DNA from: an uncultured Planctomycetota bacterium
GTDB lineage: Bacteria; Planctomycetota; PLA2; JAEUHO01
Length of the DNA stretch: 64,000 bases
Assembly (NCBI GenBank): GCA_963752285.1
Contig: CAVVXN010000001.1
Location: 416,001 to 480,000 of the forward strand
Direction: 5' to 3'
The translations under genes were made by a program, and so were the position numbers. This document shows, piece after piece, positions 36,809 through 44,865 of the stretch. The notes under the pieces were generated by a model. It was given only the letters and a program-made list of their open reading frames with translations, was not told the DNA's origin and searched no databases. Numbering within the stretch: the first letter of the stretch is position 1; every line of letters starts with the position of its first letter.

Positions 36809-37849
36809 ATGCCGCGCCGGGCCTCGATCGTCGTCTCGCTCCTCGCCGCCGCCGCGGGCGTCGGCGTCCTCGTCCACCTCTTCGCGACGACCGACCTCGC
36901 GAGCCGGGTCGGCACCCTGCCTCCCGCGGTGCTCCTCGGCGTCCCCGCCTTCGCGATCGCCGCCGCGCTCGACACGGTTTCGTGGGTCTGGGCGTTCCCG
37001 CGCGAGGCGCGGGACGTGCGTCCCTCGTTCGCCGCGCTCTTCGTGATCCGCCTCGCGGGCGAGGCGATCAACAACGCGCTCGCCTCGGCGTACGTGGCGG
37101 GCGAGCCGGTGAAGGGGCTCCTCGCCTCGCGCCACGGGCCCCGTCCGGCGATCGGGCTCGCGTCGGCGCTCGTCGGCAAGACCACCACCGTGCTCGGCGA
37201 GGTGCTCTTCCTGCTCCTCGGCGTCGCCGTCGCGCGGGCGGTGCTGCCGCGTGACCACCCGATCGTGTCGCTCCTCCTGCCGATCGCGGGGGTGGGGCTC
37301 GGCGTCGTCCTCGTGGGCATCTTGTTCCAGACGAGACGGGTGTTCGGGCGCGGTACGCGACTGCTCCGGGCGCTTCGCCTCGGCCCGCGCCGTGTCTACG
37401 ACCGCGCGCTCCCCGCGGCCGACGCCATCGACGACGCCGTCCGCGGCTACTACCGGCATCAGCGCACGGACTTTCTCGTCTCCACCCTGTTCGGGTTCCT
37501 CGGTTGGGTCGCGGGCGCCTTCGAGGTCTGGCTGTTCCTCCGCCTCGCGACGCCGGCCGAGGACCCCCTCGCGCTCGCGGTCGTCGTGGAGGCGGCCGTC
37601 GCCGTCGTGAAGGGCCTCTCGTTCTTCGTGCCCGCCTCGGTCGGCGCGCAGGAGGGGGGGATCGCGTGGCTGTTCGGCGCGCTCGGCCTCGGCGTCGAGA
37701 CGGGCCTCCTCTACGCGCTGCTCCGTCGCGCACGCGAGGTCGTGTGGATCGGGATCGGGTTCGTGGCGCTCGGCGTGCTGGTGCGGCGGCCCGCGCGCGC
37801 GCCGGTCGGGGCCGAAGCGGGCCTCTCCGCGGAGGCCGGCCCGGGATAG
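36809..37849 (+). CDS. Lysylphosphatidylglycerol-synthase TM / flippase-like protein (HpnL-like)
   Basis: Multiple TMs; IRLAGEAINN..S.YVAGEPVK, VPASVGAQEGG, LLRRARE. Confidence 0.82.
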   Translation: MPRRASIVVSLLAAAAGVGVLVHLFATTDLASRVGTLPPAVLLGVPAFAIAAALDTVSWVWAFPREARDVRPSFAALFVIRLAGEAINNALASAYVAGEPVKGLLASRHGPRPAIGLASALVGKTTTVLGEVLFLLLGVAVARAVLPRDHPIVSLLLPIAGVGLGVVLVGILFQTRRVFGRGTRLLRALRLGPRRVYDRALPAADAIDDAVRGYYRHQRTDFLVSTLFGFLGWVAGAFEVWLFLRLATPAEDPLALAVVVEAAVAVVKGLSFFVPASVGAQEGGIAWLFGALGLGVETGLLYALLRRAREVVWIGIGFVALGVLVRRPARAPVGAEAGLSAEAGPG

Positions 37850-37988
37850 GGCGCCACGGCCCCGGCGGCGGTCGTCCCGTCCCGCGCCGGCGCCTCCCGC
37901 CATTCGCGATTCGTTCGGGCGCACCGTGGTAGAACCCGGGCGCCGGGGGGGCAGTCGGGCCCGATCCCCGCATCCACGAGGTACGAGG

Positions 37989-38795
37989 GTGCGCCTCCCC
38001 CGCCTGGCCCTCCTCACGGGACTCCTCGCGGCCGGGACCGCGGCCCCCGTCGCGGGCGCGGCGAACGGCTGCTCCGGGGCGCGCACGAGCGAGCTCCCCC
38101 GGGACGAGAGCCGGATCGAGGTCGGCCGCCCCGAGCCTGCCCCCGCGGCCTCGGCGCCCGCTCGGCCGGCGGAACGTCCGACGACGTCCCCGACGACCCC
38201 GGCGGGCGGGGCGCCCGCTTCGGGCCCCGCGCGACCGGCGCTCCCGCCGCTCGCGGAGAGCGCGTTCACGCCGCTCGTCCTCGACGGGGCCCGCGGCGGA
38301 TCGCTCGCGTACGACCTCGAGGGCGGCGTCGAGGCGGTCGGGGCCATGCTCCTCGACTACGACCATGCGGACGGACAGCGCGCGTGGGCCGAGACGTACC
38401 GCACCGTGGGCCGCGACGGCGACCGAGAGCGCGCGGAGTGGAAGTTCCGCGGGAAACTCGGGGTCGCCCCCCGCGTCGTCCTCGATCTCGAGCGGGAGCG
38501 CGTCGAGGGAGACGCGATCCGCGTGCGCTTCCAGCTCTCGGAGACGGCGTTCGGGTTGAAGCGGTTCTTCGGAGACTGGCGCGTCGAGCCCGTCGCCGGC
38601 GTCCCGGACCGCGCCCACGTGACCGCGCGTGTCTTCATCGACTCGGGTCTCCCGTTCGTGAACGCCTCGCACGACGACGTGCGGGACGGGCTCCGCGAGG
38701 ACGCGCGCCTCATGCGGGCGTGGATGGACCGGCGGCTCGCGTCCGCGCGGTCCACGGGCGCCGAGGCCCCGGGTCGTCCTGGAGGTGGTCGATGA
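37989..38795 (+). CDS. Exported START/SRPBCC-like lipid-binding protein
   Basis: Signal or lipoprotein-like N-terminus, Pro-rich linker, LLDYDH...FGLKRFFGDWRVEP cyclase/START-type pattern. Confidence 0.6.
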   Translation: MRLPRLALLTGLLAAGTAAPVAGAANGCSGARTSELPRDESRIEVGRPEPAPAASAPARPAERPTTSPTTPAGGAPASGPARPALPPLAESAFTPLVLDGARGGSLAYDLEGGVEAVGAMLLDYDHADGQRAWAETYRTVGRDGDRERAEWKFRGKLGVAPRVVLDLERERVEGDAIRVRFQLSETAFGLKRFFGDWRVEPVAGVPDRAHVTARVFIDSGLPFVNASHDDVRDGLREDARLMRAWMDRRLASARSTGAEAPGRPGGGR

Positions 38796-40153
38796 ACGCC
38801 GTTCCGATCGATCCCTGTCGCGGCCGGCTGGGCGTCCTGCTCCCGGGCATGGGCGCGGTCGCCACGACCTTCATCGCGGGCGTCGAGCTCGCGAAGAAGG
38901 GGAAGGGCGACCTCTTCGGGTCCGTCACGCAGCACCAGCACATCCGGCTCGGCAAGCGCTACGAGGAGCGGCGTCCGCTGATTCGCGAGGTGGTCCCGCT
39001 CGAGAAGCCCGAGAACCTCGTCTTCGGCGGTTGGGATCTCTTCCCGGACGACGCGTGGCAGGCGCAGGAGAAGGCGGGCGTCCTCTCCGCCGCGACGCTC
39101 GCTCCCGTCGAGCAGGAGCTCCGCGGGATCCGACCGATGCCCGGCGCGTACGACCCGGCGTTCCTCAGGAACCTCGTCGGGACGCACGTGAAGAAGGGCG
39201 GCTCGAAGATGGACCTCGCGCGCCAGGTCATGGACGACGTCGAGCGGTTCCGCGAGGCGCACGACCTCGAGCGTCTCGTCATGGTGTGGTGCGGCTCGAC
39301 GGAATCGCACCTCGTACCCGGTCCGCACCACCAGACGATCGAGGCGTTGGAGGAGGCGTTCGAGCGTCACCCCGAGGTCGTCCCGCCGTCGATGATCTAC
39401 GCGTACGCGGCGCTCCGCCTCGGCGTTCCGTACGCGAACGGCGCCCCGAACCTCTCCGTGGACGTCCCCGCGATGGTCGCGCTCGCCGAGACGCGAGGTG
39501 TCCCCATCGCCGGCAAGGACTTCAAGACCGGGCAGACGCTCCTGAAGACGGTGATCGCGCCGGGGTTGAAGGCGCGCATGCTCGGCCTCCAGGGCTGGTA
39601 CTCGACCAACATCCTCGGGAACCGCGACGGCGAGGTGCTCGACGACCCCGGCTCCTTCAAGACGAAGGAGGAGAGCAAGCGCGCGGTCCTCGACTCCATC
39701 CTCGAGCCGGAGCTCCATCCCGCCCTCTACGGGAACGTGACGCACAAGATCCGCATCGACTACTACCCGCCGCGCGGGGACGCGAAGGAGGGCTGGGACA
39801 ACATCGACATCGTCGGCTGGCTGGGCATGCCGATGCAGATCAAGGTCAACTTCCTCTGCCGGGACTCGATCCTCGCCGCGCCCCTCGTCCTCGACCTGGC
39901 GCTCTTCCTCGACCTCGCGAAGCGGAGCGGGCTCGCCGGCATCCAGGAGTGGCTGTCCTTCTACTTCAAGGCCCCCCTCTGCCGTTCGGACCTACGTCCC
40001 GAGCACGGGCTCTTCGTGCAGGAGCTCAAGCTCATGAACACGCTCCGGATCCTCATCGGGGAGGAGGTGCTCGACCACGCCGGGCTCGACTACTACGATC
40101 CCGAGCGGGGCACGCCGGTCGTCGCGCCCCCGCCGCGACGCCCCGCGCCGTGA
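38792..40153 (+). CDS. ino1: myo-inositol-1(3)-phosphate synthase
   Basis: GMGAVATT, FGGWD, WCGSTE, ANGAPN, GKDFKTGQT, STNILGNRDG, KEGWDNID, CRDSILAAP, SFYFKAP. Confidence 0.95.
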   Translation: MNAVPIDPCRGRLGVLLPGMGAVATTFIAGVELAKKGKGDLFGSVTQHQHIRLGKRYEERRPLIREVVPLEKPENLVFGGWDLFPDDAWQAQEKAGVLSAATLAPVEQELRGIRPMPGAYDPAFLRNLVGTHVKKGGSKMDLARQVMDDVERFREAHDLERLVMVWCGSTESHLVPGPHHQTIEALEEAFERHPEVVPPSMIYAYAALRLGVPYANGAPNLSVDVPAMVALAETRGVPIAGKDFKTGQTLLKTVIAPGLKARMLGLQGWYSTNILGNRDGEVLDDPGSFKTKEESKRAVLDSILEPELHPALYGNVTHKIRIDYYPPRGDAKEGWDNIDIVGWLGMPMQIKVNFLCRDSILAAPLVLDLALFLDLAKRSGLAGIQEWLSFYFKAPLCRSDLRPEHGLFVQELKLMNTLRILIGEEVLDHAGLDYYDPERGTPVVAPPPRRPAP

Positions 40154-40263
40154 CCGCCGTCGCGGGACGGCCCGCCGCCCGGCGCGCGCGCGGGTCGCGC
40201 GCGCCAGAACTTGGATCCCCGTCACCCACCGGTTGAGATTCCGGTTTCCCTCGCCGAGACGTG

Positions 40264-40935
40264 ATGCTCCCCGACGCGATCCTCTTCGACTTCGGCGGCA
40301 CGCTGGATGCCGACGGCGTCCCGTGGAAGGACCGGTTCCGCGCGCTCTTCGAGGCCGAGGGCGCGACGCTCGGTCCCGAGGCGTTCGACCGCGCGTTCTA
40401 CGACGCGGACGACCCGATCGTGGACCGCGCGGACCCGGGGAGCACGTACGCCGCGACGGTCGAGGAGCTGTCCCGCGCCCTCGCGGCGGCCGTCGGCCGG
40501 CCCGATGCCGCGGCGCGCGTCGCCGCGCGCTTCCTCGGTGCGTCACGGGCGCGCATCGACGCGAACCTCGCCGTGCTTCGTCGCCTGGCGAGGCGCCACC
40601 GGATCGGGGTCGTCTCGAACTTCTACGGAAACCTCGACGCCGCGCTCCGCGAGACGGGGCTCGACGAGGTCGTCGAGGCCGCCGCCGACTCGGCCCGCGT
40701 GGGCGCGAAGAAGCCCGACGCCGCGATCTTCGCGTGGGCGCTCTCGCGACTGGGCGTCCCGCCCGGGCGGGCGGTGATGGTCGGCGACTCCGTCGGGCGC
40801 GACGTGGAGGGCGCCCGTCGTCTCGGCATGCCGTATCGGCTGCTGCTCCGCGCCGAGGCGACCGCGCCGCCGGCCGGCGTGGACCCCGCCTGGGTCATCC
40901 GCTCCCTCGGGGAGCTCGAGGAGGGTCTCTCGTGA
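40264..40935 (+). CDS. HAD-family hydrolase/phosphatase
   Basis: FDFGGTLD, VSNFYGN, KKPDAAIF, VGDS..RD. Confidence 0.9.
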   Translation: MLPDAILFDFGGTLDADGVPWKDRFRALFEAEGATLGPEAFDRAFYDADDPIVDRADPGSTYAATVEELSRALAAAVGRPDAAARVAARFLGASRARIDANLAVLRRLARRHRIGVVSNFYGNLDAALRETGLDEVVEAAADSARVGAKKPDAAIFAWALSRLGVPPGRAVMVGDSVGRDVEGARRLGMPYRLLLRAEATAPPAGVDPAWVIRSLGELEEGLS

Positions 40936-41666
40936 GCGACGCGGTGATCGAGTCCGGCGGCGTCATCGCGGCCGGAGAAGGAAGTCGTCTGCGCGAGCGG
41001 GGGAGCAAGGCGCTCGTCGAGGTGGGCGGGGAGGCGCTGCTCGGACACGCGATCCGCCGCCTCCTCTCGGCGGGCGTAAAGCGGGTGGTGGTCATCGTCC
41101 GCGAGGAGGACCGCGCGCTCGAGCCGTGGATCCGGAGTCGCTTCCCCGACGTGGACGTAGACGTCGTCGTGAAGACCACCGCCTCGTCGGCCGAGAGCCT
41201 CTGCGAGGTCGTGAATCGGCTCGACGTTCCGCGCGTCCTGGTCTCGACCGTGGACGCCGTGCTGCCCGACGACGCGTTCCTCGCGTTCGCGCGCGCGGCC
41301 GCCGCGCGCCCGCCCGACGCCCTGGGCCTCGGCGTCACGCCGTGGGTGGACGACGAGAAGCCCCTCTGGGCCGACTGGGACGACACGGGCCGCGTGACCG
41401 CGCTGGGCGGGCCCTCGGGCAGGGGCGCGACGGCCGGTCTCTACGTCGTCCCGCGCGACTTGCCCTCGCTGGTGGGGGAGGGCGCGGGGCGTCCCCTTCG
41501 GTCGCTGCTCGGGACCTGGGTCGGGCTCGGTCGGCCGACGTGGGCCGAGGTGCTCGAGAAGGTCGTGGACGTGGACCGTCCGATCGACGTGGCGGAGGCC
41601 GAGTCGCTCTGGCGCGACGGGGGGCCGGCCGGACGGGACGATCGCGACGCGGGAGCCTCCTCTTGA
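40932..41666 (+). CDS. NTP transferase (putative inositol-phosphate cytidylyltransferase)
   Basis: IAAGEGSRL, KALVEVGG, STVD, VDDEKPL, AGLY, DVDRPIDV. Confidence 0.8.
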   Translation: MSDAVIESGGVIAAGEGSRLRERGSKALVEVGGEALLGHAIRRLLSAGVKRVVVIVREEDRALEPWIRSRFPDVDVDVVVKTTASSAESLCEVVNRLDVPRVLVSTVDAVLPDDAFLAFARAAAARPPDALGLGVTPWVDDEKPLWADWDDTGRVTALGGPSGRGATAGLYVVPRDLPSLVGEGAGRPLRSLLGTWVGLGRPTWAEVLEKVVDVDRPIDVAEAESLWRDGGPAGRDDRDAGASS

Positions 41667-42535
41667 CCCCGCCCCGTCTCCTCGGCGTCTACCGCGAGGC
41701 CGCCCACTCTCCGGGCCGCGTGGGCGACGACGCCCGCGTCCTCGAGCGCGTGGCGGAGCGCCTTCGGAGCGCCGGGTGCGAGGTCGTGCTCGTGGGCCCC
41801 GACGCGCTCGCGGACGCCGTCTGTGGATCGGTCCCGGACCTGGTGTTCGCGATGTGCGAGCAGGCGTCGGCCCTCGAGGTCCTCGAGGGCCTCGCGCCGA
41901 AGGGCGTGCGCTTCGTGAACGAGGTGGGCGCGATCCGGAACACGTTCCGCGACCGCATGCTGCCCCGCCTCGCGGCGCTCGGCGACGCGTTCCCCCCGAG
42001 CCGGCTCGTCCCGACCGCCGGGTCCGACGATCCCGCGGCCGGCGCCGCCTACGACGGCCTCGGCCCGGTATGGGTGAAGCGCGGCGACTTCCACCAGACC
42101 CGCGCGGGCGACGTCACGTTCGCGGCCGACGGCGATCAGGTGGCCCACGCGCTCCTCGCGCTCGCGCGCCGCGACGTCGAGAACGCGGTCGTGCAGGTCC
42201 ACGTGCCGGGCGACCTCGTGAAGTTCTACGGCGTCGGGCTCGGAGCCGACGACTGGTTCTGCCACTTCCACCACGCGGGGCAGCGCCTCGCCGGCACGCC
42301 GTACGAGGGAGCGCGGCTGGCCGCGCTCGCCCGGCGCGCGGCCGGTCTGCTCGGCCTCGAGGTCTACGGCGGCGACGCCATCGTCCGGGCCGACGGCGGC
42401 CTCGTGGTCATCGACGTGAACACCTGGCCGTCGTTCGCGCTCGTGCGCGAGGAGGCGGCCGAACGGATCGCGGCGCACCTGCTCTCCCGGCTCCGGGAGC
42501 CGGCGGGTGCCGTCGCGCAAGAGGGAGACGCATGA
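41663..42535 (+). CDS. ATP-grasp-fold protein
   Basis: VWVKRGD, VQVHVPGDLVKFYGV, YGGDAIV, VIDVNTWPSF; TTGA coupling. Confidence 0.75.
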   Translation: MTPPRLLGVYREAAHSPGRVGDDARVLERVAERLRSAGCEVVLVGPDALADAVCGSVPDLVFAMCEQASALEVLEGLAPKGVRFVNEVGAIRNTFRDRMLPRLAALGDAFPPSRLVPTAGSDDPAAGAAYDGLGPVWVKRGDFHQTRAGDVTFAADGDQVAHALLALARRDVENAVVQVHVPGDLVKFYGVGLGADDWFCHFHHAGQRLAGTPYEGARLAALARRAAGLLGLEVYGGDAIVRADGGLVVIDVNTWPSFALVREEAAERIAAHLLSRLREPAGAVAQEGDA

Positions 42536-43860
42536 GCGCCTTCGAGGCCGGTCCGCGATCCCGGGCGATCTTCGAGCGCGACCAGCGCCACATGGCGCCG
42601 GGTCTGCAGTCGGTCGCGCTCTACGCGCCGATCGCGATGGACCACGGCCACGGCGCCGAGCTCTTCGACGCCGACGGCCGCCGGTACGTAGACTTCCTCG
42701 CCGGCGTCGCCGTCGCGAGCCTGGGCGCGGCTCACCCGCACTGGGTGAAGCGCATGCAGGAGCAGGCGTCCCGCGTCGTCCACGGCTCGTTCGCGACCGA
42801 GAACCGTGCGCGCTTCCTGGAGCTGCTCGCGTCCACGACCCCCGAGGGCCTGAAGCGCATCCAGCTCTACTCCGGTGGGGCCGAGGCCGTCGAGGCGTCG
42901 TTCCGCATGGCGAAGTCGGTCACGAAGGGCTACGAGGTCGTCGGCTTCTACGGCGGCTTCCACGGCAAGACGGGCGGCGTGCTCGGCCTCCTCGGCAGCG
43001 ACACGAAGAAGGCGCTCGGCCCGTACATGCCCGGCCAGCGCCTGGCGCCGTACGCGTACTGCTATCGGTGTCCTCTCTCGCTCACGCACCCGTCGTGCGG
43101 CATCGCGTGCGCGGAGCAGCTCCGGGACGTGATCCGGTACCAGACGGAGGGAAAGCTGTCGGCCGTGATCGTCGAGCCCGTGCAAGGCACGGCCGGCAAC
43201 GTCGTGCCGCCGAAGGGGTTCCTGTCGGCGATCGCCCAGATCGCGCGCGAGGCCGGTGCGCTTCTGATCGCCGACGAGATGATCACCGGGTTCGGCCGGA
43301 CGGGTCGGATGTGGGGCGTCGAGCACGAGGGTCTCGTCCCCGACGCGATGACGATCGGGAAGGGCATCGGCTCGGGCTTCCCCATGAGCGGTCTCGTGAC
43401 ACGCGAGGATCTCGCTTCCGCGCCGCCGTTCGGCCTGCCTTCGGGGTCGTCGTCCTCGTACGGGGGCAACCCGTTCGCCGCGACGGCGGGGCTCGCGACG
43501 CTGGAGGTCATCCTGGAGGAGGGCCTCGTCGAGCGGTCCCGGACACTCGGGGCGCGCATGCTCGAACGCCTGAAGGAGATGCAGGAGCGACACCCGTTCA
43601 TCGGAGACGTCCGCGGTCAGGGCCTCCTCATCGGGGTCGAGCTCGTTCGGGACCGGGCGACGAAGGAACCCCTCCCGAAGAGCGTCACGCTCGACCTCTT
43701 CCACCGCGCCCTGAGCCGCGGGCTCCTCTCGATGAGCTACGGCTCGTCCATCCGGATCAACCCGCCGCTCGTCCTGACCGACGACCAGGCGGACGAGGGC
43801 CTCCAGGTGCTCGACGAGGTCTTCGGCGAGGTGGCCCGCGAGGGCCGGTGGCGGGGGTGA
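42532..43860 (+). CDS. Class III (PLP) aminotransferase
   Basis: SGGAEAVE, GFHGKT, EPVQG, IADEMITGFGRTG, TIGKGIGSG, YGGNP. Confidence 0.92.
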   Translation: MSAFEAGPRSRAIFERDQRHMAPGLQSVALYAPIAMDHGHGAELFDADGRRYVDFLAGVAVASLGAAHPHWVKRMQEQASRVVHGSFATENRARFLELLASTTPEGLKRIQLYSGGAEAVEASFRMAKSVTKGYEVVGFYGGFHGKTGGVLGLLGSDTKKALGPYMPGQRLAPYAYCYRCPLSLTHPSCGIACAEQLRDVIRYQTEGKLSAVIVEPVQGTAGNVVPPKGFLSAIAQIAREAGALLIADEMITGFGRTGRMWGVEHEGLVPDAMTIGKGIGSGFPMSGLVTREDLASAPPFGLPSGSSSSYGGNPFAATAGLATLEVILEEGLVERSRTLGARMLERLKEMQERHPFIGDVRGQGLLIGVELVRDRATKEPLPKSVTLDLFHRALSRGLLSMSYGSSIRINPPLVLTDDQADEGLQVLDEVFGEVAREGRWRG

Positions 43861-44864
43861 CGCGCCTTCGCGGGGCGATCGTCGGGCTCGGCGCGATCGC
43901 GCGCGGCGGTCACTGGCCGCGCTGGCGGGTGAACGACCGCGTCTTGATCGTGGGCGCGGTGGAGATCGCCGCGCCGGGCCCCTCGGACGAGGCCACGGGC
44001 CTGCGCGTCTGGCCGACCCTCGACGCGCTCCTGGCCGAGGAGCCGCTCGACTTCGTGGACGTCTGCACGCCGCCCGACCGCCACGCGGAGCTCGTCGAGG
44101 TCGCGCTCGGCCGCGGGCTCCACGTGCTCTGCGAGAAGCCGCTCGTGGTCCGCCGGGCCGACATGGACCGCGTGGCCCGCGCGGCGGACGCCGGCGACCG
44201 TGTCCTGTTCACCGTGCACAACTGGCTCCACGCCCCGATCGTCGAAGCGGTCTCCCGCTTCGTGCGCGCGGGACGCGTGGGCCGGGTCGTCGAGGCCACG
44301 TGGACCGTCGAGCGCACGGGCCCGTCCGCGACGGTGGAGAAGGAGGGCAACTGGCGCCTGGACCCCGCCGTGGCGGGCGGCGGCATCCTCGTGGACCACG
44401 GCTGGCACGCGCTCTACGTGCTCCTCGACTGGCTCGGCGTGCGGCCCGAGCGGGTGGCGGCGCGGCTCGAGCGGCGCCGCCACGTGGACCTCGCTGTCGA
44501 GGACACCGCGCACGTCGAGCTCGAGCTCCCCGGCGCGCGGTCCGTCCTCGACCTCACCTGGGCGGCCGACCGACGGCGGAACGAGGCGTCCGTCGTGGGG
44601 ACCGAGGGATCCATCCGACTCCTCGACGACCACCTCGTCCTGGATGGGCCGCGCGGCGAGACGTTGCGGTTCGACGCGCCCCTCTCGGGCGGCTCCACGC
44701 ATCCCGACTGGTTCGACGCGACGGCGGCGCGCTTCCTGGACGAGGTCGATGGGCGGTCGCCCCGCGGCGCGAACCTCGCCGTCGCCACGACGTGCTTTTG
44801 CGTTCTCGAGGCCGCGTGGCGCTCCGCCGCCGACGGCGGACGCCCGGCGCGGGTGGCCGACTGA
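43857..44864 (+). CDS. Gfo/Idh/MocA family oxidoreductase
   Basis: GLGAIA, VCTPP..H, HVLCEKP, GGGILVDHGWH. Confidence 0.92.
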   Translation: MTRLRGAIVGLGAIARGGHWPRWRVNDRVLIVGAVEIAAPGPSDEATGLRVWPTLDALLAEEPLDFVDVCTPPDRHAELVEVALGRGLHVLCEKPLVVRRADMDRVARAADAGDRVLFTVHNWLHAPIVEAVSRFVRAGRVGRVVEATWTVERTGPSATVEKEGNWRLDPAVAGGGILVDHGWHALYVLLDWLGVRPERVAARLERRRHVDLAVEDTAHVELELPGARSVLDLTWAADRRRNEASVVGTEGSIRLLDDHLVLDGPRGETLRFDAPLSGGSTHPDWFDATAARFLDEVDGRSPRGANLAVATTCFCVLEAAWRSAADGGRPARVAD

Positions 44865-44865
44865 G

